In this document: one piece after another, positions 29,224-37,773 of the stretch
Layout: every line of letters starts with the position of its first letter
Numbering within the stretch: the first letter of the stretch is position 1
Assembly (NCBI GenBank): GCA_031548365.1
Contig: JAVBRD010000006.1
Span: forward strand, 36,030-100,029
Length of the DNA stretch: 64,000 nucleotides
Direction of reading: 5' to 3'
DNA from: Eubacteriales bacterium
GTDB taxonomy: Bacteria > Bacillota > Clostridia > Christensenellales > UBA1750
The notes under the pieces: model-generated
Database searches by the model: none
What the model was told of the DNA's origin: nothing
The model's input: the letters and a program-made list of their open reading frames with translations, nothing else
Program-made: the position numbers and the translations under genes

Positions 29224-30760
29224 GCGCGCGCTTGCGTGCGCGGTGTCGGCGTCGATGCTGGTGTGCCTGTGTGCGTGCGGATTTTTTACTCGTGCGCCCG
29301 AACAGAGCGTTGGCCAAGCGCCGACTCCGGTGAATGTCAACGATGTCATGCGGCATGAGAACGCGCTGCCAAGCGTAGCCAATGTCTATTTTGCCGCTGA
29401 GGAAGCATATTCACTAAGAAGCGAACAACGCCAGATTGGCTTGTCACCAGGCGAATCCTTTGTGCACGGTTTGGTTTCAGCAGTGCTGGGAATGCCTGAA
29501 CGCAGCGAGCTCAAGCCGGTTGCACCTGCCGGCGTGCGTTGCCTATCGGTCGAGGTTTCGGGCGACATCGCCACGGTAAACCTATCGCACGAAGCGCTGA
29601 AGGCCGACGAATACGGCCGCTACATGCTCAGAATGGCGATTCTGTACACGCTTACGGAGCACAGCGCCATTCGCTGGGTTTCTGTGCTTGTGGGCGGCGT
29701 CGCGCTGCCGTGGCAGCACTTGCCCGTAGGGCCGATGACGCGGGAAAACAAGGATTTGCTCACCATCCACAAAGACAGGGAAGGCGAGCTGCTGCGTATT
29801 CAGCAGTCTGTTCCCGAACTGGCGCGCAATATCTACAATGTCGCGCTTTACTTTCCCGACATCACCGGGCGTTACCTCGTCCCCGAGGTTCGGAGCGTGG
29901 AGGTGCGGGGTCGCGACGCTCTCGATTGTGTCTACGCGGTTCTTGATGAACTCAGCCGCGGTCCGCTGGACTCCGACTCAAAACAGAAAATGTTTTTACA
30001 GCACAGCGCGTTGATGGACATGGGCACGTACTTGCCGAGCGGGTCGATCGAATCTGGGCTTTACCCAAAAGTGAGCATGGTTGTCGATTCTAACGGCGTT
30101 CTATCGCTGCAGCTGGTGCTGACGGCATACGGGGTGCAGTACTTCTCGCACACATCGCTCAGCGAGTCGATGTTCTACGGAGCCATCGCACTCTCGCTGT
30201 TTGGCATAATGCCCGACCTTTCCACGATCTCTTTTGCGATAGACAACAATGAGGTCAAATCGCTGGACGGAGTGCCGATAATCGGAGGCCTGACGCGCGC
30301 GCATTTCGAGGGGTTGGTCGGCGCGTTTGTGGATTTGCATGTTCCGAGCGAGGGCCAAAACGCCCTCACCATCAAACGGCGCGCCATGCCCCAGGCATCC
30401 GCGAATGAACCGCGTGAGGTGCTCAAGGAGCTCTTTCTGTTGCCTGAGGAGGAATTTGTCACGTCACGAGTGCTCCCATACGGCGTGACCGATCTTTCAC
30501 AGGTGATCGCGGGTGTCTATGTCGACGGCGATCTTGTCAATATCGACCTGAGCGAGGAGCTGGGCGCGGCTTGCGCGCACCTTGGCCCGCGCGAGGAGCG
30601 GATGTTTGTCTATTCTATCGTCAATACAATGTCGGAACTCTCGGGCATCAAGCGCGTGCGTCTTTTTTTCGGCGGGAAGACCGAAGAGACGCTCGCGGGC
30701 AGGATTGACATTCATGATCCCCTTGTCAAGGCTCCGGGCTTGGTCATCCATAGCGATTAG
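29204..30760 (+). CDS. lipoprotein with repeated GerMN-like domains
   Basis: Lipobox-like LCACG. At least two GerMN-like segments (VYFAAEE..LVSAVLGMP..VEVSGDIATVNLS and VALYFPD..RYLVPEVRSV..VLDELSRGP). Confidence 0.55.
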   Translation: MNSRSVRRALACAVSASMLVCLCACGFFTRAPEQSVGQAPTPVNVNDVMRHENALPSVANVYFAAEEAYSLRSEQRQIGLSPGESFVHGLVSAVLGMPERSELKPVAPAGVRCLSVEVSGDIATVNLSHEALKADEYGRYMLRMAILYTLTEHSAIRWVSVLVGGVALPWQHLPVGPMTRENKDLLTIHKDREGELLRIQQSVPELARNIYNVALYFPDITGRYLVPEVRSVEVRGRDALDCVYAVLDELSRGPLDSDSKQKMFLQHSALMDMGTYLPSGSIESGLYPKVSMVVDSNGVLSLQLVLTAYGVQYFSHTSLSESMFYGAIALSLFGIMPDLSTISFAIDNNEVKSLDGVPIIGGLTRAHFEGLVGAFVDLHVPSEGQNALTIKRRAMPQASANEPREVLKELFLLPEEEFVTSRVLPYGVTDLSQVIAGVYVDGDLVNIDLSEELGAACAHLGPREERMFVYSIVNTMSELSGIKRVRLFFGGKTEETLAGRIDIHDPLVKAPGLVIHSD

Positions 30761-30771
30761 GAGGAGTATGC

Positions 30772-31791
30772 TTGGCTTGTCGTTTTGAGCGTATCGATCC
30801 GGGTAAAGTCAAGAGTTATGCGCTTTCCAGCGGCGCGAAGATGCCCGCCCTCGGCATGGGTACGTTTGGGTCGGATTCAGTTTCGCCGGCGCGCGTTGCG
30901 CGCGCGGTGGGTGAGGCCATCCACATCGGGTACAGGCACATCGACTGCGCGATGGTCTACGGAAATGAGCGCGAGATCGGAGACGCGCTCGCGTTCGAGT
31001 TTCGTTCGGGCCTGAAACGAGAGGAATTGTTCATCACATCAAAGCTGTGGAACGACAAACACGCACCGTCGGATGTGGCGCTGGCGTGCGAGGCTTCCAT
31101 GCGCGACCTCGGGCTCGATTATCTTGACTTGTACTTGATCCACTGGCCTTTTCCGAACACACACGAACGCGGCTGTACGGTGGATTCACGTGCCGCGGGA
31201 GCCAAACCCTATATCCACGAAAACTACATGCGCACCTGGCGTGAGCTTGAAAAGCTGGTTCGGCGGGGTCTGGTGCGCAGCATAGGCGCATCTAACATGA
31301 CGATGCCCAAAATGACGCGATTACTGCGCGACGCGGAGATCAAGCCCGCAGCGGTCGAGCTGGAGCTGCATCCGCACTTCCAGCAAAAAGAGCTGCTCGG
31401 GTATCTCAAGCGCGAAGGCATCGTCCCTGTCGGGTATTGTCCGCTCGGTTCGCCCGGACGCCCCGAGAGGGACAGAACGGACGACGACAGCGTGGATCTG
31501 GATGATCCGGTGATCAAGAGAATGGCCGCGGAGCGCGGTGTGCACCCTGCAGAGATCGCCATCATGTGGGCGGTGACTCTTGGCGCTGCGCCTATACCGT
31601 TTTCCAGCAGCGCGCCGCATCTGTACAGCAACTTGCGCGCGGCCACGCTCGCGCCTCTTTCACGGGATGAGATGGACGCGATTTCAGGCATTGACCGCAA
31701 CTGCCGTCTGATCAAAGGGCAAGTGTTCCTGTGGAAAGAAAACCAGACGTGGCACGACCTGTGGGATGAAGACGGTACGATTGCGAAATGA
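30772..31791 (+). CDS. aldo/keto reductase
   Basis: MPALGMGTFG..YRHIDCAMVYGNE..LWN..LDYLDLYLIHWP..SIGASN motifs. Confidence 0.88.
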   Translation: MACRFERIDPGKVKSYALSSGAKMPALGMGTFGSDSVSPARVARAVGEAIHIGYRHIDCAMVYGNEREIGDALAFEFRSGLKREELFITSKLWNDKHAPSDVALACEASMRDLGLDYLDLYLIHWPFPNTHERGCTVDSRAAGAKPYIHENYMRTWRELEKLVRRGLVRSIGASNMTMPKMTRLLRDAEIKPAAVELELHPHFQQKELLGYLKREGIVPVGYCPLGSPGRPERDRTDDDSVDLDDPVIKRMAAERGVHPAEIAIMWAVTLGAAPIPFSSSAPHLYSNLRAATLAPLSRDEMDAISGIDRNCRLIKGQVFLWKENQTWHDLWDEDGTIAK

Positions 31792-31805
31792 AGTGAGGTT
31801 CGTCC

Positions 31806-32456
31806 ATGAGTGTGTTTGAGTGTGCAATACGCCTTGTTTTGGCGATGCTGGTAGGCGCTGTGATTGGCTTTGAACGTGAAGTCAACGGCCATACGGCCGG
31901 TTTTCGCACACACATTATCGTTTGCATCGGCTCAGCGTTGGTCATGATCACAGGGTACTGGATACTAGCGGACGGCAAAGGAAGTGACGTCGGACGCTTT
32001 GCGGCGCAAGTGATCTCGGGCATTGGCTTTCTGGGCGCGGGCGCGATCATCAAGAACAAGAGTAATGTCAAGGGGCTGACGACCGCAGCGTGCCTTTGGA
32101 CGACCTCCGGCCTCGGGCTGGCGATTGGCGCAGGTGCGTACGCTGCGGCCGGAATAGCGGCGGGACTGTTTATGATCACACTGCATTTTCTGAAGATTCT
32201 TGAGAAGAAGCTCCTCGCCAAGGACTCAAAGTATGCGGTGGAAGTCATTTTTGAGCAGGAGGACACGAAGAACGCCGAACGTGTTATGGAAAGTGTAAAA
32301 GCTCAGAAACTGGATATCAGTGACTGGTCTTACAGCTCGAAAAAAGAAGTGCGCTTTACCGGGAAAATTGCGAGCAAAATGTCCGTAGAGCACTTTATCC
32401 ACACGCTCATGCAGCTGGAAAATGTGGAGAGCGTACAAACGAAGCAGCTCGAATAG
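31806..32456 (+). CDS. MgtC/SapB family membrane protein
   Basis: N-terminus AIRLVLAMLVGAVIGFEREVNGHTAGFRTHIIVC plus a C-terminal ACT-like soluble domain. Confidence 0.85.
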   Translation: MSVFECAIRLVLAMLVGAVIGFEREVNGHTAGFRTHIIVCIGSALVMITGYWILADGKGSDVGRFAAQVISGIGFLGAGAIIKNKSNVKGLTTAACLWTTSGLGLAIGAGAYAAAGIAAGLFMITLHFLKILEKKLLAKDSKYAVEVIFEQEDTKNAERVMESVKAQKLDISDWSYSSKKEVRFTGKIASKMSVEHFIHTLMQLENVESVQTKQLE

Positions 32457-32501
32457 CGCTTTCGCTTACCTCGGATAATAAAACAGTTAGAATTGTTTAG
32501 T

Positions 32502-32530
32502 TTGCCTTTGATTTACAAATGGAATATAAT
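32502..32530 (+). promoter_or_regulatory. sigma-A type promoter (TTGCCT-17-TATAAT) for the MarR gene
   Basis: Hexamers at 32502-32507 and 32525-32530. The -10 box lies inside the first codons of the long track ORF, which argues for the downstream ATG at 32564. Confidence 0.55.
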
Positions 32531-32563
32531 GTGGATGTACAATCACGGGGAAGGAACATCGAT

Positions 32564-33037
32564 ATGAGCAACATCAATCGTCGGCTCATCGTAAGCGCCT
32601 TTGCACACGATCAAGAAATGATCAGCGAGATTTCGTATTATGCGCTTCGCGTCCTGCCGATGATCAAAAGACAGCTGTTCGGGCTTGAGAACAGCTCTAG
32701 GTGTGACCTGCCAATGTCGCATGTTTCCATCCTTGTCATGCTTGACCGCTGCGAGGCAATGTCCTTATCGGCGATAGGCGAGTGCTTCGGCATAGCCAGG
32801 CCCAACATCACGCCGATCATTGACCGACTGATCGAACACGGTTACGTAATGCGGAAAAGAGACGACAGAGACCGAAGGGTGACCAACATCGTGATCATGC
32901 CTCCGGGTCGGGATGTTGTCGCCCAGATATTACGCAAGCAAGCGGACAGCGTAGGCCGTCAGATTGCCCATATGAAGTCAAGCCAAGTCGAGGAACTGCT
33001 CGTTTCGCTTAAACGGGTCAGCGAGCTTTTGGGATAG
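32564..33037 (+). CDS. MarR family transcriptional regulator
   Basis: Winged-helix core LPMSHVSILVMLDRCEAMSLSAIGECFGIARPNITPIIDRLIEHGYVMRKRDDRDRR. Confidence 0.8.
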   Translation: MSNINRRLIVSAFAHDQEMISEISYYALRVLPMIKRQLFGLENSSRCDLPMSHVSILVMLDRCEAMSLSAIGECFGIARPNITPIIDRLIEHGYVMRKRDDRDRRVTNIVIMPPGRDVVAQILRKQADSVGRQIAHMKSSQVEELLVSLKRVSELLG

Positions 33038-33042
33038 ACAAA

Positions 33043-33082
33043 ATGAGTGGCCGCTGGATGTAAGCGGCCACTCATCTTTATT
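33043..33082. terminator. bidirectional terminator between MarR and XRE genes
   Basis: Perfect 13-bp stem ATGAGTGGCCGCT / AGCGGCCACTCAT with a 7-nt loop, A-rich before and T-rich after. Confidence 0.65.
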
Positions 33083-33097
33083 GGTGCACAGCGACGG

Positions 33098-33409
33098 CTA
33101 CCAGTCTCCGACGATGTCGCTGATTGCCTGTACGACTTCCTTGATCGCGAGCTGCTTTTTTTTGCTGATGCTGCTGATGAGAGCTGGCTCCACAGGGCTG
33201 CGCAGCGAATCTCTGAGCAGGGCATCCACGCTGACATTGAGTGTGTTGGCCAGGGACACCAGCGTTTCCAGGCTGGCTTTGCGGGTGCCTCGCTCGATGT
33301 GCCCGAGGAAAGAAACCGAGATGCCGACTTGCTCCGCCAGCATTTCCTGCGTCCAGCGCCGCGAAAGACGTGAGGTGCGAACGTGCTTCCCAAGAGCAAT
33401 GTAGTCCAT
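33098..33409 (-). CDS. XRE-family helix-turn-helix transcriptional regulator
   Basis: LGKHVRTSRLSRRWTQEMLAEQVGISVSFLGHIERGTRKASLETLVSLANTL. Confidence 0.82.
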   Translation of the reverse strand: MDYIALGKHVRTSRLSRRWTQEMLAEQVGISVSFLGHIERGTRKASLETLVSLANTLNVSVDALLRDSLRSPVEPALISSISKKKQLAIKEVVQAISDIVGDW

Positions 33410-33683
33410 GCGTTACCTCCCTTGCCAACACAGCTTATGTTACACATTTTCCGTGCGTTGTACACGGACTATGAGCGTGGAATGATTCTAACAAGTCATG
33501 TAGAGTGTGCCATTGAAGCTTGATATTATTCCGTTGAAAAAATGCTGTACATTTCGACAAGGCTGTGTTATACTTCGTTTGCACCCAACAAGGAACCAGA
33601 CCCAGCTAGCCTCACCAAGTGTCTTCACTCGGCGGAACAGCAAGCAGGATCCAAGAGTGGGGAGCACAAGGAGGTTATTTTTT

Positions 33684-33959
33684 ATGTTCGAAGACAAGAC
33701 GCTTATTTGCCGCGATTGCGGTGGCGAGTTCATCTTCACGGCCAACGAGCAGCAGTTCTATGCTGACAAGGGATTCCAGAATGAGCCTGGCCGCTGCCCC
33801 GCGTGCCGCTCGCAGCGCCGCTCCAGCCAGGGTGGCGAGCGTCAGATGTACGAAGCGACCTGCGCTTCTTGCGGTGGCGTTGCCCGCGTTCCCTTCCAGC
33901 CCCGCAATGACAAGCCCGTCTATTGCAGCGCGTGCTTCGCGGCGTCCCGTCAGGGCTAA
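33684..33959 (+). CDS. zinc-ribbon protein (CxxC-x17-CxxC type)
   Basis: 91 aa. CRDCGGEFIFTANEQQFYADKGFQNEPGRCPACR and CASCGG..VYCSACF. AAGGAGG RBS before the ATG at 33684; the track ORF is extended upstream. Confidence 0.75.
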   Translation: MFEDKTLICRDCGGEFIFTANEQQFYADKGFQNEPGRCPACRSQRRSSQGGERQMYEATCASCGGVARVPFQPRNDKPVYCSACFAASRQG

Positions 33960-34056
33960 ACCGCAAAGCTTCCGCCAAAAACGACAGAAAGCACGATTCA
34001 GCGTTTCGCTGGACCGTGCTTTGTTTTTTGTTTTCAGGGTACACTAAACCGGGTGA

Positions 34057-34791
34057 TTGGGATTGATCAATGTCGTTTTCAGAGCGGCGTTTCTGTTTGT
34101 TGTTGTATTTCTGGCTCTCCGGCTTATGGGCAAACGGCAGATCGCGCAACTCCAGCCGTACGAGTTGGCCTTGACGCTGGTGATCGCCGAGCTTGCCGCG
34201 GGACCGATGAATGACAGCGGTATTCCGCTGTTGCATGGTGCGTTGCCCATCATCGCGATTGTCGTCGTGAACGCGCTGATAAGCGTCGCTGCTTACAAAA
34301 GTGTCCGCATGCACGTGATTCTCGGAGGGAAAGCGAGCGTTGTCGTGCGCAACGGCGTCGTTGACGAGAAAGAGATGAATCGCGCGCTCTTGACGCTGGA
34401 TGATTTAATGGAACAGGTTCGCATCGCCGGTATTCCTTCGATCACCAACGTAGCGACAGGCGTTATGGAATCAAACGGTGTGGTATCCGCCTTCTCCGTG
34501 TCCCAGGAAAGACCGCTTGCGCCTAAAGACATCCATGTGATGACGCCGCCTGAGCGCGTACCGCTCACGCTTGTGATCGACGGCTCGGTCTTGACCGACA
34601 ACTTGAAGCTGATCAGCCGCAATGAGGCATGGCTCGCGCGAGAGCTTGCCTCTGTTGGAGTGAGAGAGCCGAAGCGTGCGCTCTTCGTCATTGTCGACGC
34701 GCAGGGAACGCTCATCGCACAAGAAAAAGGCGCCGATAAACTCTGCTTTGTGGACAGCGCTTTGCGCGACGCCAAGGCGGTGGTTTGGTGA
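34057..34791 (+). CDS. DUF421 (YetF-like) membrane protein
   Basis: LRLMGKRQIAQLQPYELALTLVIAELAA N-terminal signature, then a soluble C-domain. Confidence 0.75.
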   Translation: MGLINVVFRAAFLFVVVFLALRLMGKRQIAQLQPYELALTLVIAELAAGPMNDSGIPLLHGALPIIAIVVVNALISVAAYKSVRMHVILGGKASVVVRNGVVDEKEMNRALLTLDDLMEQVRIAGIPSITNVATGVMESNGVVSAFSVSQERPLAPKDIHVMTPPERVPLTLVIDGSVLTDNLKLISRNEAWLARELASVGVREPKRALFVIVDAQGTLIAQEKGADKLCFVDSALRDAKAVVW

Positions 34792-35168
34792 AAAGAACGA
34801 TGTGGACGTTGTTTGGCTGCGTAACGCTTCTCGTTGCGATCACATTCGCGGGCCAACGGGTCCTGCTCAGCCAAATGGGCTGGTTTGCGGGAGAAGCGGA
34901 GCGAGCGACATCCTGCGTTCAATCCGGCGATGTCAGCGCCGCGATGGATGTGATCGCGGGTATAGCCGCTGCATGGGACGCTGAAGAGATGACGCTCAGG
35001 GCGCTTCTCGACCATGGGCGCGTCCACGATATCGCCATGCTGATCGCATGCGCGAAGTCGCTTGGTATAGACGACGCGCCGGACATGCTCATTGTGTGCG
35101 CACAGCTACGTCTCTCGTTTATTTCAATCGCCAATGAGGAAAAGCTGAGCATACAGAACATCTTTTAG
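34785..35168 (+). CDS. DUF4363-like small membrane protein
   Basis: 127 aa with one N-terminal TM. Overlaps the DUF421 stop; this pairing is common in spore formers. The family call is by position and size only. Confidence 0.45.
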   Translation: MVKRTMWTLFGCVTLLVAITFAGQRVLLSQMGWFAGEAERATSCVQSGDVSAAMDVIAGIAAAWDAEEMTLRALLDHGRVHDIAMLIACAKSLGIDDAPDMLIVCAQLRLSFISIANEEKLSIQNIF

Positions 35169-35184
35169 CCAAAAGGCGTGAGAC

Positions 35185-35793
35185 TCAGTACTGCCTGAGC
35201 AGAGCGACGACCTTGCCGAGGATGGCGCACTCTTTGACGATGATCGGCTCAAGAACAGGGTTGTGGGGCTGCAGTCGGATGTGATCGCCTTCGCGGTGGA
35301 AGGACTTGACGGTCGCGGCATCGTCAATCATCGCAACGACAATGTCGCCGTTGATCGCCGTTTCCTGTTGGCGGACCACGACGTAATCGCCGGAAAAAAT
35401 GCCCGCGTCAACCATGGAATCGCCTTGAACCGTTAGAATAAAGTGATTGCCTTCGCCTACGAAGGAATCCGACAGCGTAAAACGGTCTTCAACGTTCTCG
35501 ACCGCCGTGATGGGCACGCCTGCGGCCACTTTGCCGACAAGGGGGAGAGAGACGACATTGCGCAGCGGCTCGTCGCCCACGACCTCGATGGCGCGCGGCT
35601 TGGTTAAGTCTCTGCGGATCAGCCCGCGCCTCTCAAGGCGTTCCAAATGGCCGTGCACTGTCGAAGTGGACTTGAGGTTGACCGCTTCGCCGATTTCACG
35701 CACAGACGGGGGAAAACCGCGAAGCCGGATCTGTTGCTGTATGAATTTCAGGATCTGATCTTGTTTTTCGTTGCGCGGCGATGACCTCGGCAT
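35185..35793 (-). CDS. lexA: LexA repressor
   Basis: N-terminal wHTH ([29 protein letters not shown]), cleavage site VAAGVP, S24 peptidase GDSM...VVAMI. Confidence 0.94.
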   Translation of the reverse strand: MPRSSPRNEKQDQILKFIQQQIRLRGFPPSVREIGEAVNLKSTSTVHGHLERLERRGLIRRDLTKPRAIEVVGDEPLRNVVSLPLVGKVAAGVPITAVENVEDRFTLSDSFVGEGNHFILTVQGDSMVDAGIFSGDYVVVRQQETAINGDIVVAMIDDAATVKSFHREGDHIRLQPHNPVLEPIIVKECAILGKVVALLRQY

Positions 35794-35851
35794 AACAACA
35801 CCTCATTATTCATGCTGCTTTTCCACAGTATAGCATAGTCCGGCTAGAAAT

Positions 35852-35865
35852 GAAACGCCTGTTCT
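35852..35865 (-). promoter_or_regulatory. SOS (Cheo) box upstream of lexA
   Basis: Minus-strand AGAACAGGCGTTTC against the Firmicute consensus CGAACRNRYGTTYC (13 of 14 positions), 59 nt upstream of the lexA start. Confidence 0.6.
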
Positions 35866-35915
35866 TGTGATATTTGGGCGAGTCTCACCCAATGTGAACG
35901 GGCGTGCGAAGCTGT

Positions 35916-35945
35916 TTGACAAGCTCAAACGCAATACACTATACT
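35916..35945 (+). promoter_or_regulatory. sigma-A type promoter (TTGACA-18-TATACT) for proA
   Basis: Hexamers at 35916-35921 and 35940-35945, 13 nt before the proA start. Confidence 0.5.
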
Positions 35946-35958
35946 GAAGAAAAGGAGT

Positions 35959-37209
35959 GTGACTCCATTGAGCATCAGAGAACAAGCGCAGACCGCAAAA
36001 GAGGCTGCGTTATCGCTCGCGGTAACCAGCCACGAGGTAAGAAACAAGGCACTTTATGAGATGGCCTCGGCGCTGCGCGAAGCAAGACCGGCCATCCTTG
36101 AGCAAAACGCTATAGACATCGCGCACGCGCGTGAAAAAAAATTGTCGAGCGCGTTGATTGAGCGGCTCACGCTCAACGACCGGCGCGTGGAGGATATGGC
36201 TCGGGGACTTGAGGACATCGCGTCCCTGCCCGATCCGCTTGGGAAGGCGGACGCAGGGTGGATAACCGCAAGCGGCATCGAGATCATGAAGAAGCGGGTT
36301 CCGCTGGGCGTGATCGGCATTATCTACGAGTCGCGGCCAAATGTAACCACAGACGCAGCGGGTTTGTGCGTCAAGTCCGGGAACGCCTGCATATTGCGCG
36401 GCGGGAGCGAAGCGCTTCGCACCAACTGCGTAGCCATGGACGCGCTTGAACGCGGGGCCTGCGCGGCGGGGCTTCCTGGCGGCTCGGTTGCGCTTGTGCG
36501 TGATACGTCGCGTGAAATCGTTCGTGAGATGATGGGTCTGCACGGCCTGATCGACGTGCTCATTCCGCGCGGCGGTGCCGAGCTCATCAAGACGGTCGTG
36601 GAAAACGCGCGCATACCGGTGATTGAGACGGGAACGGGAGTTTGCCACGTCTATGTTGACCGCGGGTGCGACGTCGATATGGCGCTCGATATCGCGGTGA
36701 GCGCAAAGATCTCGCGGCCATCGACGTGCAACTCGGCGGAGACGCTCCTGGTTGATGAGGAAATCGCTGCCGCGTTCCTGCCCGCGTGTTGCGAGCGGCT
36801 GCGGGAGAAAGCGGTTGAGATGCGCGGGTGCGAGCGCACGCGCGCGCTTTGCGGTGAGGTCATCCCAGCGAGCGCGGAGGATTACTCAACAGAGCATCTC
36901 GACCTGATTTACAACATCAAGATCGTCTCCGGCGTACAGGAGGCGATTGGTCACATCAATCGTTTCGGCACGCGGCACAGCGAGGCGATCATCACCCGAG
37001 ACATGGCGCGGGCGCGCGTGTTTTGCGACAGGGTAGACGCGGCGGCTGTCTACGTCAACGCATCCACGCGCTTCACGGATGGCGGTGAGTACGGCTTTGG
37101 CGCTGAGATCGGCATTTCCAACCAAAAACTGCACGCGCGCGGGCCTATGGGCCTTGCGGAGCTGACGACTTACAAGTACATCGGTATCGGCAACGGTCAA
37201 ACCAGATGA
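35959..37209 (+). CDS. proA: glutamate-5-semialdehyde dehydrogenase
   Basis: Full-length ProA pattern (..IYESRPNVT..CNSAETLLV..). Confidence 0.92.
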   Translation: MTPLSIREQAQTAKEAALSLAVTSHEVRNKALYEMASALREARPAILEQNAIDIAHAREKKLSSALIERLTLNDRRVEDMARGLEDIASLPDPLGKADAGWITASGIEIMKKRVPLGVIGIIYESRPNVTTDAAGLCVKSGNACILRGGSEALRTNCVAMDALERGACAAGLPGGSVALVRDTSREIVREMMGLHGLIDVLIPRGGAELIKTVVENARIPVIETGTGVCHVYVDRGCDVDMALDIAVSAKISRPSTCNSAETLLVDEEIAAAFLPACCERLREKAVEMRGCERTRALCGEVIPASAEDYSTEHLDLIYNIKIVSGVQEAIGHINRFGTRHSEAIITRDMARARVFCDRVDAAAVYVNASTRFTDGGEYGFGAEIGISNQKLHARGPMGLAELTTYKYIGIGNGQTR

Positions 37210-37236
37210 AGGCAGTGCTGGGAACAAACGCCGGGA

Positions 37237-37773
37237 TTGACTCGTTTGATAGGCGGTGAACACATGGATGCCAGAAATGCGAGCGACATTGAGGGTTTGA
37301 TCCGCAAGTACGGCACCATGGTGTTGCGACACGCTTATTTTTACTTGCACGACCGGCAAAAATCGGAAGACGCGTGTCAGGAAGTTTTCCTGCGTATGTA
37401 CAAAAAGAAGCCGGTGCTCCCGGATGAGCAGAGCTACCGCGCGTACATCCTGCGCGTGACGATCAATGTGTGCAAGGATATGCTCAAGAGCGCATGGAAC
37501 CGCCGGGTCATCCCTCTCGCGGAGGGATATGAAATCGCCTCCGACCAACCCACGCCGGAAAAGCAGGCGGTCTCGGATGAGACGGGCGAGGAGATCATCA
37601 CAGCGATCATGGAGTTGCCCGCGATTTACAAAGACGTCGTGCTCCTGTATTACTACGATGAGCTGAGTACATCCGAAGTTGCGAAAGTACTGTCCGTACC
37701 CGAAGTGACCGTGCGCACGCGACTGATGCGGGCGCGTGGCAGGCTTGAAGAAAAACTCAAGGGGAAGGTCTAA
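37237..37773 (+). CDS. ECF-type sigma-70 family RNA polymerase sigma factor
   Basis: Region 2 (EDACQEVFLRMY..YRAYILRVTINVCKDMLK) and region 4 (LPAIYKDVVLLYYYDELSTSEVAKVLSVPEVTVRTRLMRAR). The alternative ATG at 37264 is possible. Confidence 0.85.
   Translation: MTRLIGGEHMDARNASDIEGLIRKYGTMVLRHAYFYLHDRQKSEDACQEVFLRMYKKKPVLPDEQSYRAYILRVTINVCKDMLKSAWNRRVIPLAEGYEIASDQPTPEKQAVSDETGEEIITAIMELPAIYKDVVLLYYYDELSTSEVAKVLSVPEVTVRTRLMRARGRLEEKLKGKV

Noticed and set aside
32519-32563. Upstream ATG start for the MarR gene
   Set aside because: The TATAAT box of a good TTGCCT-17-TATAAT promoter lies inside these codons, so transcription would start downstream of this ATG.
33507-33683. N-terminal 59-aa extension of the zinc-ribbon ORF
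   Set aside because: A strong AAGGAGG RBS precedes the internal ATG at 33684, and the family begins with MFEDK..CxxC. The extension is non-homologous leader sequence.
35959-37209. proA without an adjacent proB as an anomaly
   Set aside because: proB and proC can be encoded elsewhere. A single missing neighbour in one window is not evidence of anything unusual.
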